This document shows, piece after piece, positions 32,797 to 41,024 of a DNA stretch of 64,000 nt; position 1 is the stretch's first letter; every line of letters begins with the position of its first letter. Both the position numbers and the translations under genes were made by a program. The stretch lies in IMG/VR virus record IMGVR_UViG_3300046782_000843; one strand, 5' to 3'. This DNA comes from a virus. Under the pieces are notes generated by a model. It was not told the DNA's origin, ran no database searches, and was given only the letters and a program-made list of their open reading frames with translations.

Positions 32797-34232
32797 TGGC
32801 TGACCCGACTTTGATCGTAGAGTCTCCGCCCCGCCGCATCTTCACCGCGACCATGGTCCTCGGCGTGCCGGGAGCGGGGAAGACGTCCCTCCTCGCCAGC
32901 TTCGCCCGCTACCTCTGGGAGAGCTACCACCGCGTGCTGCTGCTCTACTCCTGGGACGGCGGCGCCATCCCGACCGAGCTGCAGAAGCTGATGAAGCAGG
33001 GCCTGGTCCGCTTCTGGCGCGCCCGCACCAGGAGTGCCGAGATGCTGGGCATCGAGACCTTGTATCTCGCCACGCGGGGCTACTGGCCACGCTCGATCAA
33101 CGCCGAGACGGGGGAAACCTCCCCGGCGGTCGACCTCGTCCCGCCCGTCACCACGCTCTATCGCGTCAGCTGCAAGGCCACCGGCGAGGCGCTGGCGCAC
33201 CTACCGGCGCGGCACCTCGTCGGCCCCACCTACTGCACGCCGTGCAAGACGCTGCACGCGGTCAATGAGCTGGCGGTGGTCGAGGACGTGCATCGCACCA
33301 AGGGCTTCGAGCTGGTCGGCGGGGTGGCCTACGACGGCCTGACCAGCATGACCAACGTGGTCATGGAGCATATGGACCACGCCAGGGGCGCCGGACAGAT
33401 AGGCGGCGAGAAACCAGCCTTCGGCGGCATCGTGGTGTCCGGCTCGATCAAGCTGGGCGGGAACAACCGCGCCGATGTCGGCTTCGGGCAGTCACGCGGC
33501 CAGCAGTTCGTCAACAACTCGCTGTCGATCCCGTATCTGGTCGAGGGACCCGTGTTCACCGCACTGGCGATGGAGGCGACCGATGAAGGCGGCTTAGGGG
33601 TCGTCGGCGCCAAGCTCCCAGGCCGCGCTGCGACCGACGAGGCCAGCTCCTGGTTCGGCAACGTCGCCGAGATGGGCAAGACCACCGACGACGCGGGTCG
33701 GGAGCACTTCGCGCTGTTCCTGCGCCCGTTCATCGACGCCCAGAACCGCCGCCACCTGCTCAAGACTTCCGCCTCGCCGCAAGGCCTGCCCGACGTGCTG
33801 ATTGACCCGCTCGACGCGCCCTGGTCACAGGCCAACCTGGGGCTGGTCTTCACGCTGCTCGATGCCGACCTGCGCCGCGCCATGGCCGAGGAGATCGTCG
33901 GCGCGCCGGGGCTGGCGGGCACGCCCAGCGAGTATGGCGAGGGCTTCAGCGTCGCGGCGGCGACCGCCCCGGCGGCGAGCCAGGAGCTGGCGCCAATGCG
34001 GGTGCCGGTGGCGGCGCCGGTCATGCCCACCGCGCCCCCGTTCACGCCGCCTGCTGCGACCGCGGTGCCGACCGTGCGGCCCAAGGTCCGCCCACGAATC
34101 GAGGCCGCGGCGGTCGTCGAGGAGCCAGGCGTTCTGGTGCCGACGGCCTTAGTGGGTGATACGAGGCCTGTGGCAGGCGGACCACCACCGCCGCCTGGAC
34201 GACCACCCCAGCGGCTGACGACGGTGCCATAA
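32796..34232 (+). CDS. P-loop ATPase, Sak4/AAA_24-like recombination-associated
   Basis: 478 aa. Walker A is GVPGAGKTS and Walker B-like is VAYDGLTSM. Long Pro/Ala-rich tail. Confidence 0.55.
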   Translation: MADPTLIVESPPRRIFTATMVLGVPGAGKTSLLASFARYLWESYHRVLLLYSWDGGAIPTELQKLMKQGLVRFWRARTRSAEMLGIETLYLATRGYWPRSINAETGETSPAVDLVPPVTTLYRVSCKATGEALAHLPARHLVGPTYCTPCKTLHAVNELAVVEDVHRTKGFELVGGVAYDGLTSMTNVVMEHMDHARGAGQIGGEKPAFGGIVVSGSIKLGGNNRADVGFGQSRGQQFVNNSLSIPYLVEGPVFTALAMEATDEGGLGVVGAKLPGRAATDEASSWFGNVAEMGKTTDDAGREHFALFLRPFIDAQNRRHLLKTSASPQGLPDVLIDPLDAPWSQANLGLVFTLLDADLRRAMAEEIVGAPGLAGTPSEYGEGFSVAAATAPAASQELAPMRVPVAAPVMPTAPPFTPPAATAVPTVRPKVRPRIEAAAVVEEPGVLVPTALVGDTRPVAGGPPPPPGRPPQRLTTVP

Positions 34233-34370
34233 GAAAGCATAGGCTTCTCGAGTTTTCCCGACCGGCGACGACGACGACCATGACTATCACCATGACGACT
34301 CCGACGATGACGACGACGCGCGTGTGGGCACTCCGCCCACCCGTACATCCGTGCATCAAGGAGCATCGTT

Positions 34371-35036
34371 ATGGGAAAGTCACTGCAAGAACTCGCGGGC
34401 CTGCTCAAAGACGAACCGCTGCCGACCGCCGGGCAGGACCTCGACGACCTGCCGACGTTTGGCGGCTTCACGCCCCCGCCGCCACCCGGGGCCTATCGGT
34501 TCAAGCTGCCGATGGACCTGTCAGCGATCTGGGACCTGATCGACGTCCCCGACAAGCAGCCACCGCAGCGCGTGCGGGCGAACTTCGACCGCGACCATCC
34601 GCTGCTGATCGTCCAGTCACCCAAGGGCGCGAGCAACGGCGAACCCTTCGAGACCAAGCTCACCAACAACGAGCGGGGCAGAGGCAAGGGCAAGGAAGTC
34701 GTGGCGAGTGACCTCGACTACCTGCTGCGCGCGTTCGGCGACAAGGGCAAGCCAGGCAACAACCGCGGCTACATGCAGGCCATCGCCAAGCACGCGGGCA
34801 AGGAGTTCAGCGCCGACATCCGCTACAGCTGGCGCTGCAGCAAGGACCGCGACATCCGCGCCCGGGATGGTTCGGGGCAGGTCCAGGTCGTCGAAGGCAA
34901 GAAGGGCTGCGGCGAGGGCTACTACCAGGAGGACGTCCCCAAGGGGCCTAACGGCGAGGTGCCCTACGAGATCAACTGCGGCAGCTGCGGCGCGCTGCTG
35001 CGGGCGTTCGGCAACCTGGACAACATGCGGGCCTAA
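34371..35036 (+). CDS. hypothetical protein (position typical of ssDNA-binding partner of Sak4-like ATPases)
   Basis: 221 aa with AAGGAG RBS and a C-terminal CxxC...CGSCG. Function is unverified. Confidence 0.6.
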   Translation: MGKSLQELAGLLKDEPLPTAGQDLDDLPTFGGFTPPPPPGAYRFKLPMDLSAIWDLIDVPDKQPPQRVRANFDRDHPLLIVQSPKGASNGEPFETKLTNNERGRGKGKEVVASDLDYLLRAFGDKGKPGNNRGYMQAIAKHAGKEFSADIRYSWRCSKDRDIRARDGSGQVQVVEGKKGCGEGYYQEDVPKGPNGEVPYEINCGSCGALLRAFGNLDNMRA

Positions 35037-35060
35037 TAAAGCATATGTGAGGAGGCGGCG

Positions 35061-35297
35061 ATGGCGAGACGCCAGACGGAGACCGAGACGATTGAGTTCC
35101 CACACGAGTATGTCGCCTTCGCCGACGCTCGCGTCGCCGCCATCGTCCGCCGCTCTTGCTATGACCAGAACATCGTCGAGAGTGTGAGCCGCAGCTGCTA
35201 CCTGCAAGGGCTGTGGGACGGGCTGCAGCTCGCGCTCGATCGACCCGAGTTACTCGATGCCGTTCGTGAAGGAGATCCGCATGTCAAAGAAACGTGA
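35061..35297 (+). CDS. hypothetical protein
   Basis: 78 aa with GAGGAGG RBS. GCATATGT lies at 35041. Confidence 0.6.
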   Translation: MARRQTETETIEFPHEYVAFADARVAAIVRRSCYDQNIVESVSRSCYLQGLWDGLQLALDRPELLDAVREGDPHVKET

Positions 35298-35502
35298 CCC
35301 GCTCGCTGTGATCATCAACTACTTCACCACCACCGACCTGGTGCAGGCGAACCAGGCCGTGACCATCATCAAGGAGATCGTCCGCAGCCGCCAGCCGGTG
35401 GCCGCCCCGCGCAAGTCTGCGCCGCATCGCAAGCGCTCGGGCCTGCCAACCCAGCTGCCGCTCGACAGTCCCGGTACCGCCGGGGCACAGACGGCAAACT
35501 AA
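35281..35502 (+). CDS. hypothetical protein
   Basis: 73 aa from ATG 35281 (MSKKRDPLAV). AAGGAG RBS. Confidence 0.55.
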   Translation: MSKKRDPLAVIINYFTTTDLVQANQAVTIIKEIVRSRQPVAAPRKSAPHRKRSGLPTQLPLDSPGTAGAQTAN

Positions 35503-35541
35503 TCGACGACGCCGACGTTTCGCGCAGGAGGAGGCCATACC

Positions 35542-35823
35542 GTGCCCAGTGGATCGACCGCATCGCGTGCTACGCCCCGGCCCCCCGCCACGCCTGTTCC
35601 CAGCCGGGGGCGGGTGCAGCGGGTCTACCCCGAGCGGGGGTTCGGGTTCATTCGCTGCACCGAGGGCCACGCCGACGACCTCGGGCAGGACTTCTTCTTC
35701 CACCAGTCGGGCCTGGTGGACTACGACATCAAGGACCTGCAGGAAGGCTCGATCGTCCGCTTCACGCCGAGCTACGTCCCCAAGGGCAAGCGGGCCGAGC
35801 AGATCCATCGCGAGGAGATGTGA
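35542..35823 (+). CDS. cold-shock-domain protein
   Basis: GRVQRVYPERGFGFIRC...DFFFHQSGL carries the RNP1-like GFGFI and RNP2-like FFH motifs. GTG start with GGAGGAGG RBS. Confidence 0.8.
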   Translation: MPSGSTASRATPRPPATPVPSRGRVQRVYPERGFGFIRCTEGHADDLGQDFFFHQSGLVDYDIKDLQEGSIVRFTPSYVPKGKRAEQIHREEM

Positions 35824-35826
35824 GTC

Positions 35827-37269
35827 ATGCAGCGCCAGGCCAGCCCCCCTGACCCTGCGTTGACGTTCGGGTGGCTGCCTGCCCCGCCGGTGGTGTCACC
35901 GCGCCGGTCGCGCGTGGTAGTGCCCGAGCGGTTGGTACCGGCGATGAGTGTCACGCCCGCGTCCACAGGGGTGTCGGACGTCGGGTTGTGGTCGTCGCCG
36001 GTGCCGACCTATACCTACCTCGCCGGAGCGGCGGGGAGTGGCAAGACCTACAAGACCCGGGAGTGGGCGGCGCAGGAGAAGGGCCTGCTGCTCTGCGCCA
36101 CCACCGGCATCGCCGCGATCAACGCGGGCGGCGAGACCATCAACTCGGTCCTGGGCTACTTCGACACTGACTCGATGCGGCAGAAGTACCAGGACGGGTT
36201 TCTCAGTGCGCGCCTGGGCAGGCTGTGGAAGGTCGGCGTGCGGCGGCTCGTCCTCGACGAGGTCTCGATGCTCGACGCCGACCAGCTGACCTATCTGGTC
36301 AAGGCGATCGAGGAGGTCAACGGGCGGGGCTATGTGATCAGCAAGTGGGTCGACGACGGTGAGACGCCGCAGCCCGCCATGGGGTTGACGTTGGTCGGTG
36401 ACTTCCTGCAGCTGGCGCCGGTCAAGGCCGAGTATGCGTTCACCTCGCCGGAGTGGCGGCCGTTCGCGGAGTCACTAATAACCCTGACGGAGATCCGCCG
36501 CCAGGCCGACGCCGACTTCATCCAGATGCTGCGGGCGGCGCGGGCGGCCCAGGGGGAGCAGGTCGCGGACTACTTCGTCAGTCGCGGGCTGATCGAGCAG
36601 GAGACCGACAACCACTTCGAGGGGCCGACCATCGTCGCCAGGAACGAGCACGTCGACCGGCATAACTACCTGCGCATGGCCGCGGTGCAGGGCAAGGAAG
36701 TGCGCTTCGACTCCAGCCGCTGGGGCAAGCAGCGCGGCGAGTGGACCTCGCAGGTCCCCCCGGAGCTGGTGCTGAAGATCGGGGCGCTGGTGATGATCCT
36801 CAACAACTATCGCGACCCCGACACCGGGCAGCTGGTGTATGTCAACGGCGACCTGGGCACGCTGGTCGACGCGACCGACACGACCGCCTGGGTGCAGCTG
36901 CAGCGCACCGGCGGCGCGGTCGAGGTCAGCCGGGTGCGGCGTGAACTGAAGATTCCCGCCGATGGGGCTAGAAGGAAAGAGCTGCTGGCGAAGGGCGAAG
37001 GCGACAAGGTCGACGGCAAGTGGGAGATCGTGGGCGACGTGGTGTACATGCCGCTGCGGGTGGCATATGCATCCACCGTGCATAAGTCGCAGGGGCTGAG
37101 CCTGGACAAGGTGCAGGTCAACATCAGAGATGCGTTCTTTGGCACGCCGGGGATGTTGTATGTGGCGCTGAGCCGGGCGCGGACCGCGGAGGGGCTGCGG
37201 CTGGTCGGGAGCCCGAAGGTGCTGATCGAGCGGTGCGTGAGTGACCCGAAGCTGAGGGCGTGGCTATGA
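35827..37269 (+). CDS. PIF1/RecD-like superfamily 1 helicase
   Basis: Motifs are GAAGSGKT, LVLDEVSM, VGDFLQLAPV, EIRRQADADF, VHKSQGLSL and YVALSRAR. Confidence 0.85.
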   Translation: MQRQASPPDPALTFGWLPAPPVVSPRRSRVVVPERLVPAMSVTPASTGVSDVGLWSSPVPTYTYLAGAAGSGKTYKTREWAAQEKGLLLCATTGIAAINAGGETINSVLGYFDTDSMRQKYQDGFLSARLGRLWKVGVRRLVLDEVSMLDADQLTYLVKAIEEVNGRGYVISKWVDDGETPQPAMGLTLVGDFLQLAPVKAEYAFTSPEWRPFAESLITLTEIRRQADADFIQMLRAARAAQGEQVADYFVSRGLIEQETDNHFEGPTIVARNEHVDRHNYLRMAAVQGKEVRFDSSRWGKQRGEWTSQVPPELVLKIGALVMILNNYRDPDTGQLVYVNGDLGTLVDATDTTAWVQLQRTGGAVEVSRVRRELKIPADGARRKELLAKGEGDKVDGKWEIVGDVVYMPLRVAYASTVHKSQGLSLDKVQVNIRDAFFGTPGMLYVALSRARTAEGLRLVGSPKVLIERCVSDPKLRAWL

Positions 37270-38252
37270 CGACACCGGAACTGAACGAACAGCAACGCCT
37301 GGCGGCGGCGGCGCTCTACGCCCATTGTCGAGAACTCCCGATCGGCTACGAGTGGTACCGCTATCGCTTCCCGAAGTGGGAGACGGAGTCCAACCGCACC
37401 ACGATGGTCTACCGGCCAAACGTCGCCGGGTGGCACGCGCGCGGGGAACAGATCGTCACCGCCGCGAGCTTCGCGGGGATCGCCATGGGGCGCTACACCG
37501 AGGAGACCCGTCCCTTCAAGCTGTTGTGCGAGCTGGAAGGGCGCAGAGTGTCAACAGACATCGACGAGACCACCGCGCTGCGCTTGGCGACAAGCACGCT
37601 CCAGGCGACCCCCTACCTCTGGTCAGATGCGGTCTCGGCGACGATCCACGCCGCGCCAGAGCTGCCCCCGCACGTCGTCAGCCGGTCGGTCCTGCCGTTC
37701 CCCCAGATGTTCTGGGCTCTGGAGACGCCGTGGTCAATGATGACCTTGACCAACGTCACGGTCGCGATCGAGTTCTTCTTGCTGCTTGACCAGGGCACGT
37801 CCTTCGTCCTGATCTGCTGCGTCGATGCGAATGGACGGGAGTCTGAGGTCCTCAGCCGCACGATCGCCTACGGCACCCGGTATCCCGAGGAGATCGAGCC
37901 GGAGTCGCTGGGGGGCATCGTGCTGCAGCACCTGTCGTTCCTGAACTCGCCCTACATCAAGTCGGACGAGGAGCGGATCGAGCGTGCGGTGCGACGGCGC
38001 TGCGCGCGGGTCAGCCCCGAGGAAGCTGAGAAGACCATACGGGTGGTCACCCTGCGCCGCCCGTCGAAGCCAACGACGAGCACGGCCGAGCCCGGCAGCC
38101 GCGAATGGAAACACCAGTGGTGGGTGACCGGGCACCACCGAGCGCAGTGGTATGCCTCCGAGCAGGCGCACCGGGTGAAGTGGATCGCGCCGTATTTGAA
38201 AGGCCCGAGTGACAAGCCGGTGCTCGACAAAGTCTACGCGGTGAAGCAGTGA
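37266..38252 (+). CDS. hypothetical protein
   Basis: 328 aa. ATGA coupling to the helicase gene. Confidence 0.7.
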   Translation: MTTPELNEQQRLAAAALYAHCRELPIGYEWYRYRFPKWETESNRTTMVYRPNVAGWHARGEQIVTAASFAGIAMGRYTEETRPFKLLCELEGRRVSTDIDETTALRLATSTLQATPYLWSDAVSATIHAAPELPPHVVSRSVLPFPQMFWALETPWSMMTLTNVTVAIEFFLLLDQGTSFVLICCVDANGRESEVLSRTIAYGTRYPEEIEPESLGGIVLQHLSFLNSPYIKSDEERIERAVRRRCARVSPEEAEKTIRVVTLRRPSKPTTSTAEPGSREWKHQWWVTGHHRAQWYASEQAHRVKWIAPYLKGPSDKPVLDKVYAVKQ

Positions 38253-38842
38253 CGACACCAACTGATCGCCTGGTTCAGGTCACCTTCGTCGTAGGCACGC
38301 CGGTCTTCGTCAACGTGCATGTGCGACAGCTCGGTCGGTTCATTGGTGACAAGCGCTTCACCATCAATCGGGAGCGCAGCAATCGCCCGCGCCTGGAGCA
38401 GAACGAAGACAAGATTCGCGCGAACGACCGTGGGGGCGCCATCGCGGAAGTCGCCTTCGCAGGCGCCCTGAATGTCTACCCGATGCTGCAGTTTGAGAAG
38501 TACTTCGACTACAACCTGCGCCTGCCGGGGGGCGACTTGATCGCCGTCTCGTGGGATGAAGTGGAAGGCCGGTGCATCGTCGACCGGCAGCGGGAAGAGC
38601 ACCACCGGCGGAAACGCAACGACCCGCCCGACCTGCACATCGTGCTGCGGGGCGAACTGCCCTCCGAGGACGCCGACGACGGGCGAAACCATGCCCTGTT
38701 CTTCGCGGGCTGGGCGACCCACGATGAAGTCATCGCGTGTACCCCGGAACCCATGCGCTACGGCCCCGCGCACGTCCGGCGAGACCTACACCCGAGGCTG
38801 CAGATCTTCTGCGCCGCCCGTGGAGCAGGCTGGTGCGGTTGA
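38249..38842 (+). CDS. hypothetical protein
   Basis: 197 aa. GTGA coupling. Confidence 0.65.
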   Translation: MTTPTDRLVQVTFVVGTPVFVNVHVRQLGRFIGDKRFTINRERSNRPRLEQNEDKIRANDRGGAIAEVAFAGALNVYPMLQFEKYFDYNLRLPGGDLIAVSWDEVEGRCIVDRQREEHHRRKRNDPPDLHIVLRGELPSEDADDGRNHALFFAGWATHDEVIACTPEPMRYGPAHVRRDLHPRLQIFCAARGAGWCG

Positions 38843-38960
38843 GGACGCTTCTCGATCGCCTCGCGGTCGACCAGACGCTGACGATGTCGGAGAGCTGGCG
38901 GCGCGAGCAGCAGCGCCGCGAGTACACGGCTACGACTACGAACCAGGAGGAGACGACACC

Positions 38961-39257
38961 ATGCCCTACAGTCGCCCCGACCCGTCAGGCGCCGCCCTCT
39001 CAGACGAAGAGCGGGAACAGCTGAAGTCGTTCGAGGAGGACACCGCCAAGCTCGCTCACGCCATCACGACCGCCTGTGACGGGCACGACATGCGGGTGGT
39101 GCTGGCGACGATCTCGACGGTGCTGGCCTACACCCTGGTGCAGGCGACGCGCGGCCCCGAGGGGCTCGACAGCTACCTGGAGATCATGCGGGCGGATGTC
39201 CACGACCTGTGGCGGCGCAAGGAGCTGGGCCTGCCCTTCGGCGGGCGAGTGAACTGA
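38961..39257 (+). CDS. hypothetical protein
   Basis: 98 aa from ATG 38961. RBS is CAGGAGGAGACGACACC. Confidence 0.65.
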   Translation: MPYSRPDPSGAALSDEEREQLKSFEEDTAKLAHAITTACDGHDMRVVLATISTVLAYTLVQATRGPEGLDSYLEIMRADVHDLWRRKELGLPFGGRVN

Positions 39258-39271
39258 GGGAGCCCTGGTGT

Positions 39272-39844
39272 GTGACGCCCGCTCCCCTTGCGCTGTCGCG
39301 GACCTGTCGCCTCGCCGACTTCGCGGGGTGTCTGACCGTGGCGCGCTGGCAGCAGCAGCTGGCCTTCGAGGCCTGGCAGCGTTGGGAGCAGGAGCACCAT
39401 GTGCGGACCCGGGAGCAGCCGCTGTGCGTGAACTGGAGCGGGTGCGAGTTCACGGCGCCGGGGCCCGAGGCGGTCTACCGCTACCGGGGGTATGGCGTGA
39501 CCGAGAACGGCGACGGCCTGGTGATGCGGGCGGTCCCGGCGGTCTGGGGGCTGAGCGTGCTGGATCACCTCGACGCGCCGGTGCGGTTTTTGACCCGGGC
39601 CGCGACGGTCCTGCGGCCGCAGGGGCTGCTGTTCCTGACCTTCTCGTTCTGGAACGCCGAAGGGCCGGACTGCGCAGTCGGCGCCGCGAGCCGGGTGCGG
39701 ATCTACGACGTCCACAGCTACCGGAAGCTGGTGGGCGAGGCCAGGCGGGCCGGGTTCCGCGCCTTCGGGGGGATGGACTGGAGCTACCACGGGGACGCGC
39801 TGGAGGACCACTCGCTGGCCTCCCTGGTGCTGGTGAGGCGCTGA
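39272..39844 (+). CDS. hypothetical protein (partial methyltransferase-like C-terminal pattern only)
   Basis: 190 aa from GTG 39272. VLDHLDAP...VLRPQGLLFLTF resembles post-I motifs of class I methyltransferases, but I saw no GxGxG SAM loop. Confidence 0.55.
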   Translation: MTPAPLALSRTCRLADFAGCLTVARWQQQLAFEAWQRWEQEHHVRTREQPLCVNWSGCEFTAPGPEAVYRYRGYGVTENGDGLVMRAVPAVWGLSVLDHLDAPVRFLTRAATVLRPQGLLFLTFSFWNAEGPDCAVGAASRVRIYDVHSYRKLVGEARRAGFRAFGGMDWSYHGDALEDHSLASLVLVRR

Positions 39845-39972
39845 TGGCGATCGACGACGAGACGCGGGTGATCTTCGGGTTCTGGCCGCGCACGCTGCGG
39901 GGCTGGTGGTTCTGGGCGCGGTACTGGTCGCCCTGGGCGCGGGCGTGGACACGGTGGAAGGGGGAGCGATGA
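39844..39972 (+). CDS. Trp/Arg-rich 42-aa peptide
   Basis: MAIDDETRVIFGFWPRTLRGWWFWARYWSPWARAWTRWKGER. TGATG coupling and G/C-rich third codon positions. Confidence 0.5.
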   Translation: MAIDDETRVIFGFWPRTLRGWWFWARYWSPWARAWTRWKGER

Positions 39973-40067
39973 TGCTCGACATCGGCGGGAAGCTGCTGGC
40001 GGCGGTCCTGGTGGGGCTGCTGGCGCTCTTGGTCATCGAGTGGTGGAAGTTCGCGGGGCGGCGATGA
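39969..40067 (+). CDS. 32-aa membrane peptide
   Basis: MMLDIGGKLLAAVLVGLLALLVIEWWKFAGRR. ATGA overlaps at both ends. Confidence 0.45.
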   Translation: MMLDIGGKLLAAVLVGLLALLVIEWWKFAGRR

Positions 40068-40396
40068 CCGACCTGCGCATCAAGCCGAAGATGGCCCGCG
40101 CCCAGCTGTCAGGGCGGATGCTGCTGGCCCGGTGGATCGTCCGCGGCCGGATGACGCAGGCCGAGGCTGCTGAGCAGATCGGCGTGTCGCGGGTCAAGCT
40201 GAACCAGTACCTGCAGGGGTCGAGCCGCCCGAGCCTGGAGACCGCGACGCGCATCGAGGATGCCACGGGGATCGGGATGCGGAGCTGGCTGGTCGACGAC
40301 CCCACACCGTCGAAGCCAGGGCCCCTAGACGTGGTCGAGGACCGCTCCCTGGCGCAGCGTGAGGCGGACGGTGACCAGGATCGTCCAGTCAGGTGA
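40064..40396 (+). CDS. Cro/Xre-like helix-turn-helix protein
   Basis: 110 aa from ATG 40064. Contains MTQAEAAEQIGVSRVKLNQYLQGSSRPSLETATRIEDATG. Confidence 0.7.
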   Translation: MTDLRIKPKMARAQLSGRMLLARWIVRGRMTQAEAAEQIGVSRVKLNQYLQGSSRPSLETATRIEDATGIGMRSWLVDDPTPSKPGPLDVVEDRSLAQREADGDQDRPVR

Positions 40397-40434
40397 TATC
40401 TCGGTGAGGAGATATCATGTGATATCATCTCACC
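40393..40434 (+). promoter_or_regulatory. GATATC-based operator upstream of RHH gene
   Basis: GATATC occurs at 40395, 40411 and 40421. GATATCA-TG-TGATATC is a perfect inverted repeat (40411-40426), nested in GGTGAG...CTCACC (40404-40434). The ATG is at 40436. Confidence 0.6.
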
Positions 40435-40435
40435 C

Positions 40436-40660
40436 ATGGCACAACGACATGCAATGCTGTTTCGGTTCGACGATGAGATGCGACAGGCCCTGGCAGCGAT
40501 CAAGGAGCGGGACGGCATCCCGGTCCAGGAACAGGTGCGGCGCGCCGTGCTGACCTGGTTGGCGACGAAGGACGTGGAGCGCCCGCTGAGCGCCAGGCAG
40601 GCCTCAGCAGCGGCGCGGCTGGCGCGGCTGACGGCGCCAGAGGGGTCCGCCGGTGGCTAA
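40436..40660 (+). CDS. ribbon-helix-helix DNA-binding protein
   Basis: MLFRFDDEMRQALAAIKERDGIPVQEQVRRAVLTWL is a classic RHH strand-helix-helix pattern. Confidence 0.7.
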   Translation: MAQRHAMLFRFDDEMRQALAAIKERDGIPVQEQVRRAVLTWLATKDVERPLSARQASAAARLARLTAPEGSAGG

Positions 40661-40868
40661 GCCGGACATCCTGGCCCGCATCCGGGACTGGCGAGAGGAC
40701 GACAGCCAGGGCTACTTCGAGGTGATCGAGCTGATCTGCGACGCCGAGGATGAGATCGTGCGGCTCCGAGAGATGGTTACACCAGGCTCAACCCTTGCAG
40801 GAGAAAGCCGCCAGGAGGAAGTAACCGAAGTTAACATAACTACTCCAGCCTGTGGAAAACTGGAGTAA
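40653..40868 (+). CDS. hypothetical acidic small protein
   Basis: 71 aa. The GTG start overlaps the RHH gene by 8 nt. Confidence 0.5.
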   Translation: MAKPDILARIRDWREDDSQGYFEVIELICDAEDEIVRLREMVTPGSTLAGESRQEEVTEVNITTPACGKLE

Positions 40869-40904
40869 AAACGTGAGATTAACCAATGTTTACCGAGTCC
40901 AACC

Positions 40905-40918
40905 GCTAGTTAACATAA
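40905..40918 (+). repeat. AT-rich 14-mer GCTAGTTAACATAA, copy 2
   Basis: Identical to 16715-16728. TTTACC (40889-40894) lies upstream, and a related GTTAACATAAC occurs at 40830-40840. Confidence 0.85.
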
Positions 40919-41024
40919 CATCCATTACAAGGCACGATCTCCCCTCTTCGACGTTTACACCCCCCGCAATTCCTGGTTATTTTCCACACTTCCCCGACTT
41001 AAGTCAACGCCGGAGGTGACTGTT

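Noticed and set aside
34280-34370. Thr-rich mini-ORF (MTITMTTPTMTTTR...) resembling an attenuator leader peptide.
   Set aside because: The Thr codons come from the common ACGACGACG spacer found before many start codons here. The frame continues into the next gene out of frame, and I see no alternative terminator/antiterminator hairpins.
38843-38960. 118-nt gap that could hold a small gene (frame of track ORF 38737..39024, ...RTLLDRLAVDQTLTMSESWRREQQRREY...).
   Set aside because: The frame looks protein-like, but it has no clear start or RBS and would overlap the next gene by about 60 nt. I left it unannotated as unresolved.
39272-39844. SAM-dependent methyltransferase call.
   Set aside because: Only a C-terminal pattern (VLDHLDAP...VLRPQGLLFLTF) resembles class I methyltransferases. 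No GxGxG SAM-binding loop is visible, so I kept it as hypothetical.
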